From: Bugula neritina | Lineage: Eukaryota; Animalia; Bryozoa | DNA length: 64,000 bases | Direction: 5' to 3' | Assembly (NCBI GenBank): GCA_964035545.1 | Contig: OZ037769.1 | Location: 13,980,633 to 14,044,632 of the forward strand | Shown here: positions 44,083 through 58,000 of the stretch, one piece after another | How the letters are laid out: each line of letters opens with the position of its first letter | Position numbering within the stretch: the stretch's first letter is position 1 | Position numbers and translations under genes: made by a program | The notes under the pieces: model-generated | What the model saw: only the letters and a program-made list of their open reading frames with translations | What the model was told of the DNA's origin: nothing | Databases searched by the model: none

Positions 44083-45539
44083 TATTTTTCAAGCTAGTTT
44101 GTACTCTGCACAATGGTTAGATAACTTTGGCGCAGGCAATTATTTTGCACAATCCTTTAACAACCAAACGCTCACAGACCCTGAGAGATAAAAATCTTGT
44201 TAGAATATATGCTGCAGCTTTCCACAGAGGTTTCTTTGCACATGAAAAGATGCATCTATTCTTACATATAAAGAATTCTACACAACAGCTGTAGATAAAG
44301 AATAGCTATAAGATGACTCCAATATTTGAGTTATATGCTATATACAAGTTGACTCGAGTATATCTTCAGAGTCTACCACTTTGAATTTTAATTAAAAAAC
44401 TTTAGGCTTGCACTTAATTATGTAGTAAAACTATAATCAATGTTTTTAATACATATTCTCCAACTAAATGGACAAAACCATATATTGCCTCTATTCATTA
44501 ATAAATGCATTATAATTTAAAGTAGGTTATAGTTTTAGAAAAAAGCAAATTATGCTGATTACAAGTTTAAATTAAGACCAGATGATAAAAAAAATAAAAA
44601 TCATAAAAAAGTTTCACTTGCATGTTATATGCAATATACTAAGTGTTTGTTTTGATGTTACCTATTTAAGTAAAACTATTAGCAAAGAAGCATATATAGT
44701 TGATTTAAAAATCTAAATAAAGAAATTAAAAATATTTCACAATATCATATTTTTTCAAATCAACAAAAGCCCATATTATATTATATCATCATTTTTTTCT
44801 TCAACACAATAACATGCTTGATGATAGCTAAAGCTATTGTGCCACTGTAAATGTCTTGCTGCATGGAAAACAATCATATATAACATAATGTATGTAAGGC
44901 CAATAAGTAGGGCAAATGTTTCAACAGAATTATTATAATACTCGTAGGTTGAGTGCAACAATAATAGTAATGTAGGTCACTGGTGCCAATAATATATGAT
45001 TATATGATTATAATTTATGTTGCGCAACTGTTCTGGGCTCTATTTATGCTAAGCAAAACATACAGCTATACATGTGGCCCATAGTTAAATGCTTTGTTTA
45101 AAGCTGAATAAGCTCTATTATTTGCTGCCAGTCTTTTGTTTCTTATACATGTGTCAGCGTCATGTTGTTCCATTTTGTCACCTGAGGGATCAGTCCTGTG
45201 AAGATGCAGTTATATTGTAAGGAAATATAAAATTACGTTCACACACATAAATGAATCTATTAGTGCACTCATCAAGCATCATAATATTTTAATAGTTATT
45301 GCATTTAAAATGTAGAAAATTAGATATTAGGTTGAGTTAGGAAAAAAGTATATAATGCAATTTGATCTACACACGCATATATCAATGCTTGGTTTCACTT
45401 TCTATGAACAATTTCTAGCTATATAAAATATTATATTAAAAGCATACGTTACCTACTTTGATATTTTCCATTTAATCTGTTTACATATAATACTAGTTAT
45501 ACAAATATAATATTTAAAGTTTCCATAGCACAAGAAGTC

Positions 45540-45810
45540 TTGTTATAACATATTTACTATGCAATAATAGTATACTTTATATTACCTATATATTACACTC
45601 ATCCCTTTTATAGCATAGTTACTATGCAACAATAGCATAATTTATATTACCTATGTATATTACAACCATCACTTTTATAGCATAGTTACTATGCAATAAT
45701 AGCATAATTTATATTACCTATATATTAAACTCATCTTTTTTATAGCATATTTACTATGCAATAATAGCATAATTTATAATACCTATATATAGTACAACCA
45801 CATTTTTTAT
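45540..45810. repeat. About 65-bp AT-rich minisatellite, about 4 units, upstream of the ABCA copy 2 start codon
   Basis: Recurring TTACTATGCAATAATAGCATAATTTATATTACCTAT. Confidence 0.85.
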
Positions 45811-46034
45811 AAAGTAGGTAAACAAGATTCAGTATGACACGATTTTGTGAAAACATTGTTATGCGGTCTACATGATTGATTTTTTGACTAATCAATACAT
45901 GTGACTATATTTGCTGCATGTCTATATTTGCTGCGCATGCATTGAATATGAACATTATGCAACATAATCAATATTCTTCATTAAGATTCAAGCTGCTAAC
46001 ACATTAGTTGTGGTACAGGTAGAGAGCTGCAGAG

Positions 46035-49000
46035 ATGGCGATATTAACACAATTCTACCTCTTACAATACAAGAGCTGGAAGCTACAGTTTAGGAAGAAG
46101 CTCGTCACTGCAGTAGAGATACTTGTACCGATTTTGCTTTGCCTGGTGATGATGGCTATCCGGGTAGCGGTGAAAGAGGAAACAGTTGATACTGCTACAC
46201 ACTACACTCCATATTCTGTGGACGAATGGCCATCTGAGCTCTTGTTATCTTTGGACCCCAGTCTAAATGGAAACTATGGCTTGGGGTACACACCTAAGAC
46301 ACCCGTTACCAAGAGAATCATGGAGGAGATGAGTGGGAATCTAGATGTCCTTGGCCTTAAACTTTCTGAAAACTGTAAGTGATATGATTAAACGTGTAGT
46401 AAGAATAGATTGGTTATTTATAAAAACTGTCATCTGTAGTACAGTGGCTACAGTGCTGACCTAGTAAAATGTCATGGGGTCAATAGTTCAAGTGGTGTTA
46501 GGAAAAGCAATCAGTAATAATTGCTCCTGCATCACATCAGAAAACGTCTTTTCCAGCTAATAAAAAATTTTGCTATCAAGGTTTCTCACAGAGATAATAT
46601 AATGATTATCAGCTCTAGTGAGTGGTATAATTTAAACACAGGAGTATAAATACAAGTAAAATTTTAACTCACAAACTTTCTTAAGCAGCTTGAACTTTCG
46701 GCAAGCAAATTTGTCTAAATCACTAACCCTGAGAGAACCGCTGATGAGAAAGATTTTTTGTTGAATCGGAGTAAAAAATTATTCAGATAAAGCACAGGAG
46801 CAATTATGACTCAATGCTCTTCCTAAAATCACCATCGGCCATTGTCGCCATTTGAACCCATGATTTTGTGCTTACTAATCAAACGATCTAACACCTAAGC
46901 CACTGCTGTTCTCTTTGTTAGGCAGTGTAATAACACTATTTTACTTATTGCAGTGTATGGAGCAGACACAGAAGAGAAGATGGTGGAACATCTCATATTT
47001 CATAATGAGACTCTAGACAATGAAAAGATCTATTTAGCTGGAATTGTGTTTGACAATCCTGAAGACTATGTTACAGATATACCATTCAACATCTCTTATA
47101 CTATCAGGTGAATAATTTTATTAGCTTTATCCAATTTGTGTCATTAATCAATGGTAAAGTTTGAAATTAAAGGTGCAGCCAATATTATAGGCAGCATTTT
47201 ATACTTTTCATATTGTTTGCTGCTTTATTCAGTTTTAGCTGCTCGTTATTCCTCAAGTGTGTTTCAATGTTGAGATCATTAGCTAATAAATGTTCATATC
47301 TCCAGCCAACTCACTGTGTGTGGCAAGTCGTTCAAGCAACAGATTTGTACCCACATGCAGAAGATCTGCGTCATGTGGCCCCACACTAACTCAATCTTGT
47401 ATTGTTGCAGTAATGATGGATATTTTATTAGGACATTAGAAAAACTTCAACGTAATTATACAACTTTTTTTTACACGACGTTTATTTGATATTAGGCATA
47501 GTTTTAATACTTTCACTATTACCTTGTCTTTTCATCACTGCGAGTAAGTCAGCTAAGACAAAACAATATACATTTGTGCAAACCACCCAAATATAGCTGC
47601 CTTGGTTAACATTTAAATTAAACATTTTGACTTTGTAGAACGTTGGTTATAGCTGCCGAATTTATAAAACCAAGTATTAGTTTAGGTCTGTTGACTTTGA
47701 GAGCCACGTATTACTTGAGACTGTTGACTTTGAGAGCCACGTATTACTTGAAACTGTTGATTTTGAGACCCAGGTATTACTTGAAACTGTTGATTTTGAG
47801 ACCCAGGTATTACTTGAAACTTTTGATTTTGTAGAACCAAGTATAATTTGAGGTCTGCTGGCTACGCTTCAGCTGAATGGACCAATAGAAAAGTATTTCC
47901 AGATGAAGTCAACAATTTTCCAGCCTTTGCAAATTATTCAGGTGAGGAGACAACTTCCCAAAAAGGAATCGATAATATTTTGCATAGTTTTATGAGTGTA
48001 GACTCGCTCTAGTAACTTAGAAATTGTGATAATTTATAGCTATATACAATACCATTCACATGAAATAAAATGAAGCAAAATGTGTACTGTAAAAAGATAA
48101 TTTGATTGTACTGTTAACTTTATTATATATTTTATATATTGCAGTGTACAATGCTGAAGGTTTCTTACTTTTTCAACACGCCTTGCACAAAAGTATTTTG
48201 TCAATATTGAATCCTGATTGGTCGAAGTCCAATGTAAGTGTAAACCTGGAACAGATTCCATCCCCTCCCTACACCACCGACACCTTCATCACCGTCATCA
48301 AAGTGAACCTACCGTTCATCATAATCATTTGCTTCATCTTCCTAGCTCTGCAGATACCAAAGGAAGTAACTTATGAAAAACAAATGAAACTGAAGGTAAT
48401 TTATTGTTTTTTTATTAATTTAAATTTGATTTAATTTAATATGCAGTTTTATAGTTGAAGTTCAAAAAAGTAACGTTTTTACACAAATTTGGAGCATAGC
48501 AAACTTTTGCCATGTTTAAAAGTTATCTAAAATAGTAGTTATTGTCTCTTGATTATGATCGTAAGTAAACAAGTTTTGTTTTTGCTAATTTTAACTATGC
48601 ACACAAAGGAACCCACATATAATGTATAATAAAGCTCGGATAAAATTAGTAACACTTTGTTCTTAATTGTTACTAGCATGTTTTAACTTGTCAATTTACT
48701 TTAATTCTAAATATATTTTTGTTTATTTTTTGTTTGCTTCTGTTTGCTTGCAAGTAGGCAAGAGTCCTGGTTTTAGCATCTATGCATTATAAATTTAGTG
48801 TAGAGGTTATATAAGTTGTCAATAGAGTTGCTCGCTTGCTTTAGCAACTATAGTAATATAAACTCTGGTTTCGAACAGACACTCTAAAAGGACTATACAA
48901 AAGTGAATGAATTGCTTTGTTACTTACCAAACACTACTGGGGAAAATATTGATATTTAATGCAAAATTAATTGCCATGGAAGTTGAACAAACTTCAGTCA

Positions 49001-52000
49001 ATAATATGAAAACAGTTAAGAAAATTTGAACTTAAAGACATACTTACTTCAATTTATATTAAAAACTTGTTGTGACAGTTAGCAGCTAGAAGATTTTTAA
49101 TTATTTTGAATCAAAATAACAATTGCTAAAAAATGAAGTGCATCAACTGTTGATTTGGTATACATCTTTTTTAAAGGCTGTAAAAGTATGAGTTATGTTT
49201 TGATGATAATTATTAGGTTTACGCAGCATCTGCTAAAATTTTTCTACTTTTCATTGTACAGTTCACTGTATTAATATTCTTGCTTGTAAAATGTTTTACA
49301 AATTAATTTTATTTAAGCTATAATACATAGATCTGGTTATAAACAACATAACTACCTATTCTACCGCTTATACTCGTTTACAAAAATGACGCAATGTCAG
49401 AGGAAAATTACTGTAATTGCTCGAATAATTGCGCCCCTACGCGTGATGGTTACTGAATGGTCATCGCGTAGGGCCTACAGTTACCCCTACGCGTAGGGAA
49501 TCCGAAGAGAATACAAGAGAATACGATTTCAAGTGTTGTCAATTTTTTTCAGGAGTCAATGCGTATGATGGGAATGTCAAACTGGCTGCAGTGGTTCTCC
49601 TGGTACTTCAAGTACTTTGTGTTTTTCTTCTTCATAACTTTATTTATGTCACTCATTCTTACTTCACCTGCTAAAGTAAGTATAAACAATTGGATGTTTA
49701 TTTGAAAACATAAATACTGCATAGAGTATTTGAACTCACAATATAATTTTAAAAATTGCCAGAGGAATCTAGAAAGGATTGTCCTTGCCTACTCTAACTT
49801 CACTCTGATCTGGTTCTTCTTCCTTCTCTATGGAATGGCCTTGACCTCATTCTGTTTTGTCATCAGCGCCATCTTTAATAAAGGTAACTTTTAAAAAAAA
49901 TTATTTTACTACTTTTCATATATTCACTGCACTTCCATTGCTTCACATTATAAATGCTGTAAAAATAAATTTGCGGTTGCTGTTAGAATAAGCTTGTATA
50001 GTTGTGGTTTTATTGATGCAGCTGTGTCTAAACATCAAATGAAAAATCTATAATAGAAAGCTTGGAAAGGCAGTGATTTAATATTCCATAACTGCTACTA
50101 GCAAACATTTAAATTTTATCTAATGAGAAGTAAGCGCTATAACTTACTATACATACCTTGTCATTCACTATTATTTAGTTTAATTAATTTTGTTATCAAA
50201 AAAGTTGGCTCCCAATAGATGTTTCTTTTATACTTATTGTAAGATTCATATATCAAGATATTACATAAAGTGTTTTGCCATGAATATAAAACTACGTAGG
50301 GCCTATGTATAATTTCGCAAATTATGCGTTTAGCTGAATCTTCCTATATTTAAATATTTTATTTTCTACTTTGTATACCAGAAAATAACAAACTAAAAAT
50401 AACCAACTAGAACACAAATTAAGCATACTTTTACAATATATTCTAAAACAGTGTAGTTTGGCTTAGTATAGAGTTCTTAGGGATTAGAATGATACATGGC
50501 CGTGTGTTCAAATATTATTAATGAAAGAGCATTTTGGTTACCTTAGGCAACGGCAGATATATATTGCCAGCATAGTGAGGGGCTCAATATTAATCCCAAT
50601 CTATAATAATCAAAAAATTTCTCACAGAGACATATAGTTTAAGATAATGTTGCAGTTTGATGACGTTATGTCTTGTAGCCAACGTGGCAGCAGCTGCCGG
50701 AGGAATAATTTACTTCCTGTCATACGTCCCGTTCTTCTTCATCGTCACGCCGTATGAAAACATGTCTGCCGGAGCTAAAACAGCGTGCTGTCTGGACTTC
50801 AACCTGGCCATGTCTATTGGTATGATAATCATAGGAGATGCTGAGAAAACAGGTTTGACTTCACTCTGTTTTAACTTGAGTAGCCTGTTCTGTTGGTTTT
50901 CTACTAAACTGGAATATATTATAATATTGTTTCAACAATTAAGCTCTTGAATTAAATTAGTTAAATAACTTGGAGTAGACAGTAAATGATTTTAAGTAGT
51001 TTTCTTTGTTATAGTGAGCCCAATAATAATTGTAGGCAGTTGCACAAATTTAAAAAGTTGAATGTTTAGTAGTAAGTTTCTTTGAGTTTCTAATTTTAAT
51101 TATAACAAAGCGTATCAAAATACACAGGAAATTTAAGTCCTATAATCTACAAAATAATTACATTTCCTAAACTTTGCATACAATAGATACAAACTTGATA
51201 TAGTTAATTGCTAGATGCATATGTTGTTAGTTGATTTTATTCATGATTTGTTTTAAAAACTATACTCAGTATTTAATTTTTTTTTCTCAGATGCTGGAGT
51301 ACAGTGGGGGACGCTGAATCAGCCACCCACTGTTGATGATAACTTTGCATTTGGACAAGTACTTTATATGCTGTTTGTTGATTGCATCTTGCACTCACTT
51401 CTCCTTTGGTATATTGATGCAGTTTTCCCAGGTGACTATGGAGTTGCCCAACCTCCTTATTTCTTTGTATTGGTGAGTAGTAGTCTAACGATAACATAAT
51501 TTGTAGATTGAGGAACAAAAAAGTTTAGTATAATAACATTTAAAAAAAATACTATTTTTTAAGTTATTTTGTATAAAATTAGCAAAAAATAAAATACAGT
51601 ATTTGACTTATAAATAGATGTGGGTAAAAAACATTTTGGTGCTAAAATCCTGTCCTACTATCATCCACTAGAATAAAAATTCAGTTGGCAACTGGATGAT
51701 TCAAACACATGCAACGATTGGTCTTGTGAATACTAGAAATGAAATATTCTAGAATAAGCTAAATATAATATTGTTAAATCATGCAAATATATGAACGTCC
51801 AAACCACCAGGCAGTTTGTTCACAGTATTTTGTCGCCGCTCTAATTGTTGCATTACGAAATCCTACTCAATACTGAATCACACTTTGTTTAACAACTTGT
51901 TTACTTCTGTAGCCATCATACTGGTGCGGAACTAAACCTGAGACAGTTCTGATAGGCACTGGTTCTAAAGTGGATGTGGAAGATGTAGCAGTTGAGAAAG

Positions 52001-55000
52001 TTCAACAGTTTGAACCTGACCCAGTAAACCTGACTGCAGGAATTCAGATCAAAAGCCTGAGGAAAAAGTTTAAAAGTAATGGAGTCACCAAGGTAGGCAG
52101 TTTGTATCGAAACATAATTCATGTTTTCATGAAAAGTTAGAAACAATTTATTTTGAGGTGAAGTCAGATTATTTAAATATACATGCATAAGTACTCTGCC
52201 TGTATCTCAGAAAAGCACTTTGGACTCTCATTGTCTCAATACATAATCACTATGCGTGGGTAAAACATGTCATAATAACACAACTGTAGTGCTGCATTAC
52301 TCAATCATATTTAATGGTGTAGAAATTTGCGGATAGAAATAATATGAAAGATTTGTTCATTAAACTTTATTAAGCTCAGCCTTGAAACAAAGCTGTTTGT
52401 TCAGATTGCAGTAAATGACGTCAGCTTGAATATGTATGAAGGGCAAATCACAGCACTTCTTGGTCATAACGGAGCTGGAAAAACCACAACAATGTTTATG
52501 CTGACTGGTGAGAAGTTTACAAGTATTTTCTGGTTTCACACATTTTGCCTAATTTTGTTTACTTATTGTTGAAATTGCAAAAAATTTTGGCTATAAATAT
52601 AATTTTTCTAATAATTATAATATATATGCTATAAGTTAAAGCATTGCATTAGTCAGTGTTAAAAATTTGATGGTTTAAAAATGAAGCTTTTGAATCTGTT
52701 TTTAAACATCAATTAGTAACTTGAAATGTTGTTTCTAAATAATAGACTTAAAACAAGAAACTAATTATTTTTGATCTTATCAACAGGTTTTTTCCCACCA
52801 ACCAGCGGCACAGCTATTATAAATGGCTATGACATCAGGAAAGACTTGGCAAGTGTTAGATCCAGCCTAGGACTGTGTCCTCAGCATGACATCCTGTTTG
52901 ACAACCTCACTGTTGAAGAGCATCTCTACTTCTTTGCCAAGGTAAGTTTTTTAAAGTGACTAAACTAATGCGTGCATGTTGTGTAAAGCTGCTTGACTCA
53001 AAAATTGTGCAATCATAAAAAAGTTCCTATAAAATAAATATAAAATGAAACTCCGATATACTGGATTTGCAAAAATTTATTTTTTATAACAGCCAACTCA
53101 ATCGAATGATATTTGTTCTGTAAGAGATAAAACATTCAATGATCCATTTTTGCTTATCCAAAATATCTAACATCGTAAATTATTCTTATGACTTGTTAAT
53201 CATTTTGGATGAATTTTTTGACTTAAATATGAAAAACCAATAATTCATTTTTTTAAAAAATTATAACAAATTTCTATTTTTTTATATATCGAGATAATTT
53301 TATTCTTTAGCTGAAGCACTGCCCAGCATCTGACATTGAGAAACAAATAGACTATTATGTCAATAGCCTAGGACTAGGGGAGAAGAGGAAAGAGTTTGCT
53401 CACACCTTGTCTGGAGGTCAGAAGAGGAAGTTATCTGTGGGAATCGCTCTGATTGGAGACAGCAAGGTGAGACAATTCACACATGCTGTTGGAAAAAAAT
53501 TGTCTTTTTTCATTATTGCTGTTAAAGTTTTACCACTTTCATGATACATACCGTCAAATTTAAATTTTAATCAACACAATAATACATTAATCGGTTCCTA
53601 TATATATTTAATTGGCAAATAAAAATGTTCTTTAAAGTATATTTGTAAATAATCGTTTACACAACGCAGTAATGCTAGTGAGCTAAAAGATGACTTTTAT
53701 AACTTATTGAAATAAGAGCTATTATGCCTGATATGTTTTCAAGTCATATTTTTATATAAATTCAAGACACTGTGAAAAACAAGAGAAAACCTTAAAAAAG
53801 CCATTAGACGCCAAACTATTTCTGATGTGCATGTATTATACACACCGTTTGCACTACTAAACTAATACTTGTATTGCGTGAGAATTTTTTACTTGAAAGC
53901 TTAAACTAAAAAAAGCAAAGCAACTTATTTGGATGTAAATTATTTGGTTTTCAGGTAGTAATACTAGATGAACCAACATCTGGCATGGATCCATCAGCTA
54001 GGAGACACATGTGGGATCTGTTACAATCCCAAAGAGCTGGAAGGACAATTCTACTGACTACACATTTCATGGATGAGGCAGACCATCTTGGTGATAGGAT
54101 TGCTATACTTGCTGACGGAGTAGTGCAGTGCTGTGGCAGCTCCATCTTCCTCAAGAAGAGATACGGTATGAGAGTGTATTGCTATATATTATGGTGACGT
54201 GGTATGAGAGTGTGTTGCTATGGTGACGTGGTATGAGAGTGTTGCTATGGTGAAGTGGTACTTTGTCATAAAACTTGGCTCTTTAAAATACTGAGCTGCG
54301 TTTTTTCAATGAATATTGAAAAATATTTATCACTAAAAAATCTATCAAATAACTATTTGCAGCATGTTTTGTGAGGCGATTCCATCGTAACTATTTAACC
54401 TTGTATACTTTTAATTATCCAATAGCAAAACATTTAGCCTATAAACTAATAACTATCAGTATGAAAAATGTGTTTTATTATATATAACACTGTTGCTTTT
54501 AAGTTTCAAAGCTGTGCATGCCTGTATTTATATAAGCATGCTTAACAAAACGAGTATTTAGACATAATTTCTTTTAGCTTTATTGTTTAATTAGGGAACC
54601 AAGTGTAGAAAATCTAAATAAGCCATATAAACCTCATACATTCTACAACCACGTACTGTAATGAATAATTTAAACAAGTAATTTTTAACATGTGATAGTT
54701 GAGGTTGTAAACAATACATTTCAGGGGCAGGGTATCATATGGTGATGACTAAAGATGAAAACTGTGATGTGAGTAAAGTAACTGAACTTCTCCAGAGACA
54801 CGTACCAGAAAGTAAACTGGAAGGTGAGACTCTAGCTTGCATTCATTTCTGCTTCTTCTGCATTTGCCGCTGCAATATTTGCAGCATCACTATAATACAA
54901 TAACAATAACCTTATAATATTGAAAAATAAACTTATCAGTGGCTACTGAAAAATGAAAAAAGTTAGTAATTTGTTGATAGGCTAAGTAGCTATATATATG

Positions 55001-58000
55001 GAAAGAAATTCAAAACAAAAGTCACGTCTAAACCTCTGGCTGCTTCTTACAACTACCTTGTGATGCTAACTACATATTGCTTTAAGTATTTTTAATTTTA
55101 TATTACTTGCTTGGAAAACTATGCAATTAGTGTTATAAACATACTAATGAAACTTTATATATGCATTGCGTTACATATTACTTATAAATAGCATTTTGTT
55201 AGGCATTATGTAACCATTAATTGGCTGTTTTAATTTTATTTCTTTTCGTATTCTATTTTAACCAGTATTCTATTTTAACCAGTATTCTATTTTAACCAGT
55301 ATTCTATTTTAACCAGTATTCTATTTTAACCAGTATTCTATTTTGACCAGTATTCTATTTTAACCAGTATTCTATTTTAACCAGCGGACATCGGGGCAGA
55401 ACTTTCATACATATTGCCTGAAAACTACGTCTCTGCTTTCCCTCAGATGTTTGCTGAAATTGAGAAAGAAAAAGAATCTCTTGGAATTCTGGGATATGGA
55501 GCATCTGTAACCACCATGGAAGAAGTTTTTATGAAGTTAGTCAAACTTCTAAAACACATGTTTTAAAATCCTAAAGTTTTAAAAACTTACAGTTTCAAAT
55601 CCTCAATTTATGTCAAGATAACTCAAAATAACGCTACTTGTGCTAACAAAACTTTTGTCCAACTATATTATATGTGATTTTCTTAATTAGCTTTTAAAAC
55701 ATTGGGGTATTTTCGATGATCGATAATGGCTGTTTTAGAGTTGGAGAAGATTCTATAAACTCTGAAGAAGAAGGGGTTGATGATATGGCGGTAGAAGCAA
55801 GTAAGCTAAAAACACAGTATTTAGAGATTGAAAAATGCATGGCTTTTACACTTTAAGCCTTCACGAAAGTTTATATTTCAAAGTAAAGGATATATGAAGT
55901 ATTGTTGGAACGAGTTTGCTAAGATAATTAGATCTGTTACCCACTTCCCCCCCCCCCCCAAGAATCTTGTGATTTTCCAGCCATGAAAATAATATATTGC
56001 AGCAAGTATTTGGCTGGTTCTTTGCTTAACAGTTCTCACTTTTCAGTAATATTAGAGTTTGATAAGATAGTAAAGTGTTGGCTTTTATTTGTCACTAAAA
56101 TATTTTATAAATTTGCAGATGAAGAAGCTACAGGTAAGAAAACATAGCATAGCTGAATGAAGATAATATTAGGCATTGCACATATGGGTCTTTGCAAGTG
56201 CACTAGATATAAATAGAGCGGATTGAATCACATAGCAAATGTACACGATAAATATGATGCACGTGTTTAAAGTTTGTTAAGGCATAAATGGTGTTGCTGA
56301 TATTTTTTATTAAGTAATATTATTGAAATTTTGCAAGTGCAAATACATACTAAATTGATTTTTCCATGCCAACTGTGTCCAGAGAATCATATGTGTAGTG
56401 GGTGTCATAAACTTTATAAGGTGTAATGTGTCCAAGTGTCTCTAAGATGTCAGATGTCTCAGGGCACGTCTAGGGTATCATATGTGTCAGTGTGTCTCTA
56501 AGAGGTCATATGTGTCACAAGGTGTCAAAGGTGTCATGTGTCAGAGTGTCCCTAAGATGTCATATGTGTTCGAAGGTGTTTAAAGTGACATGTGTCAGAG
56601 TGTGTTTAAGGTGTCATGTGTTAGAGTGTGTCTAAGGTGTCAGGTGTCAAAGTGTCTAAGGTGTCAGGGTGTGTCTAGGGTATCATATGTGTAAGTGTGT
56701 CTCTAAGATGTCATAAGTGTCAGAAGGTGTCTAAGGTGTCATGTGTCAGTGTGTCTCTAAAATCTCATATGTGTCACAAGGTGTCAAAGGTGTCATGTGT
56801 CAGAGTGTGTCCAAGGTGTCATATGTGTCACAAGGTATCAAAGGTGTCATGTGTCGGAAGGTGTCTAAGGTGTCATGTGTGAGAGTGTGTCTAAAGATTC
56901 AGTTGTGTCAAGAGGTGTCTAAAGGGCCAAATGTGTTAGAAGGTGTCTAAGGTGTCAGGGTGTGTCTAAAGTGTCATGTATGTCCAGGTGTGTCTAAAAT
57001 GTCAGATGTAACAGGGTGTGTTTAAGGTGTTGCATGTGTTAAGGTGAATCTAAAGTGTCATGTGTTTCAGGGTGTTAAAAGCTTATAGAAAAGCTGATAA
57101 TAGAATATATAAAGGGTTTCATAGCAGTTGAAATTTTGTTAAGAGATGTTAAACAGTTGTTTTCTGAATAATTTTATCACATGCTTTGTGTGGTGTTTTC
57201 TGAAAGTTATTGATATTTTTAAGGCTTGCACACTTTAAGTGAAGTTTATAATTTTCCTATAATGCCATGACTCACTTCTAAAGCTTGCAGGCACATTGTT
57301 GAAAAAGATGCTTTCAAAATAACAAATTGTGCTTATACATTACAACGGATTGAGTTTGTGGTTTGGCAAAATAATATTAACAATCAACATGCATAATCTA
57401 TAACTATAAAAGCATTATATCATTTTGGACTATTCGCATTTTAGATTAATTTTTAAAGCTTTTGCTACACTGCACTAATCGAACTCTTCTAATCGTTTGT
57501 ATCTGTAGCTTTTTATTTGGTTTTGATAACAAAATGCTTATAATAATCTAAAGCACTGTAGGTTCAATGTTGCATTCGTTTTAATATTTGATGATACAGA
57601 ATATTCAAAAATCTTCTAAATTTCTAGTTAATGAATGTTGCTTTGATTTATCTTTGCAGAAACAAAAGAGATTGTAGCAAAGAATACAGGACTAGCGTTG
57701 CTGCTTCAACAGTTTAAAGCTATGCTGTTTAAGCGAATGATTTACAGTTGGAGAAACAAAGTGCTGACTCTCTCTCAAGTTCTCCTACCAGTCTTCTTTG
57801 CCGCCCTCACTATTATAGTGTTGAAAATAGAGTACCCTGAGCTAGAGATCCCTAAAAGAACTTTAGACATTAATATGTTTGACTACACAGAAGTAAGAAA
57901 ATCATTAAAGATGTTTGTTTTTAACTATCTATGAATTTAGAGATTTAACAAGTTGTTATTCCAATGTTTTTATTCAGACCTGAACAATGTATTTTTATAG

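Noticed and set aside
56697-56950. Cys-rich ORFs resembling metallothionein or zinc fingers
   Set aside because: Arise from the GTGTC satellite; no splice or start context.
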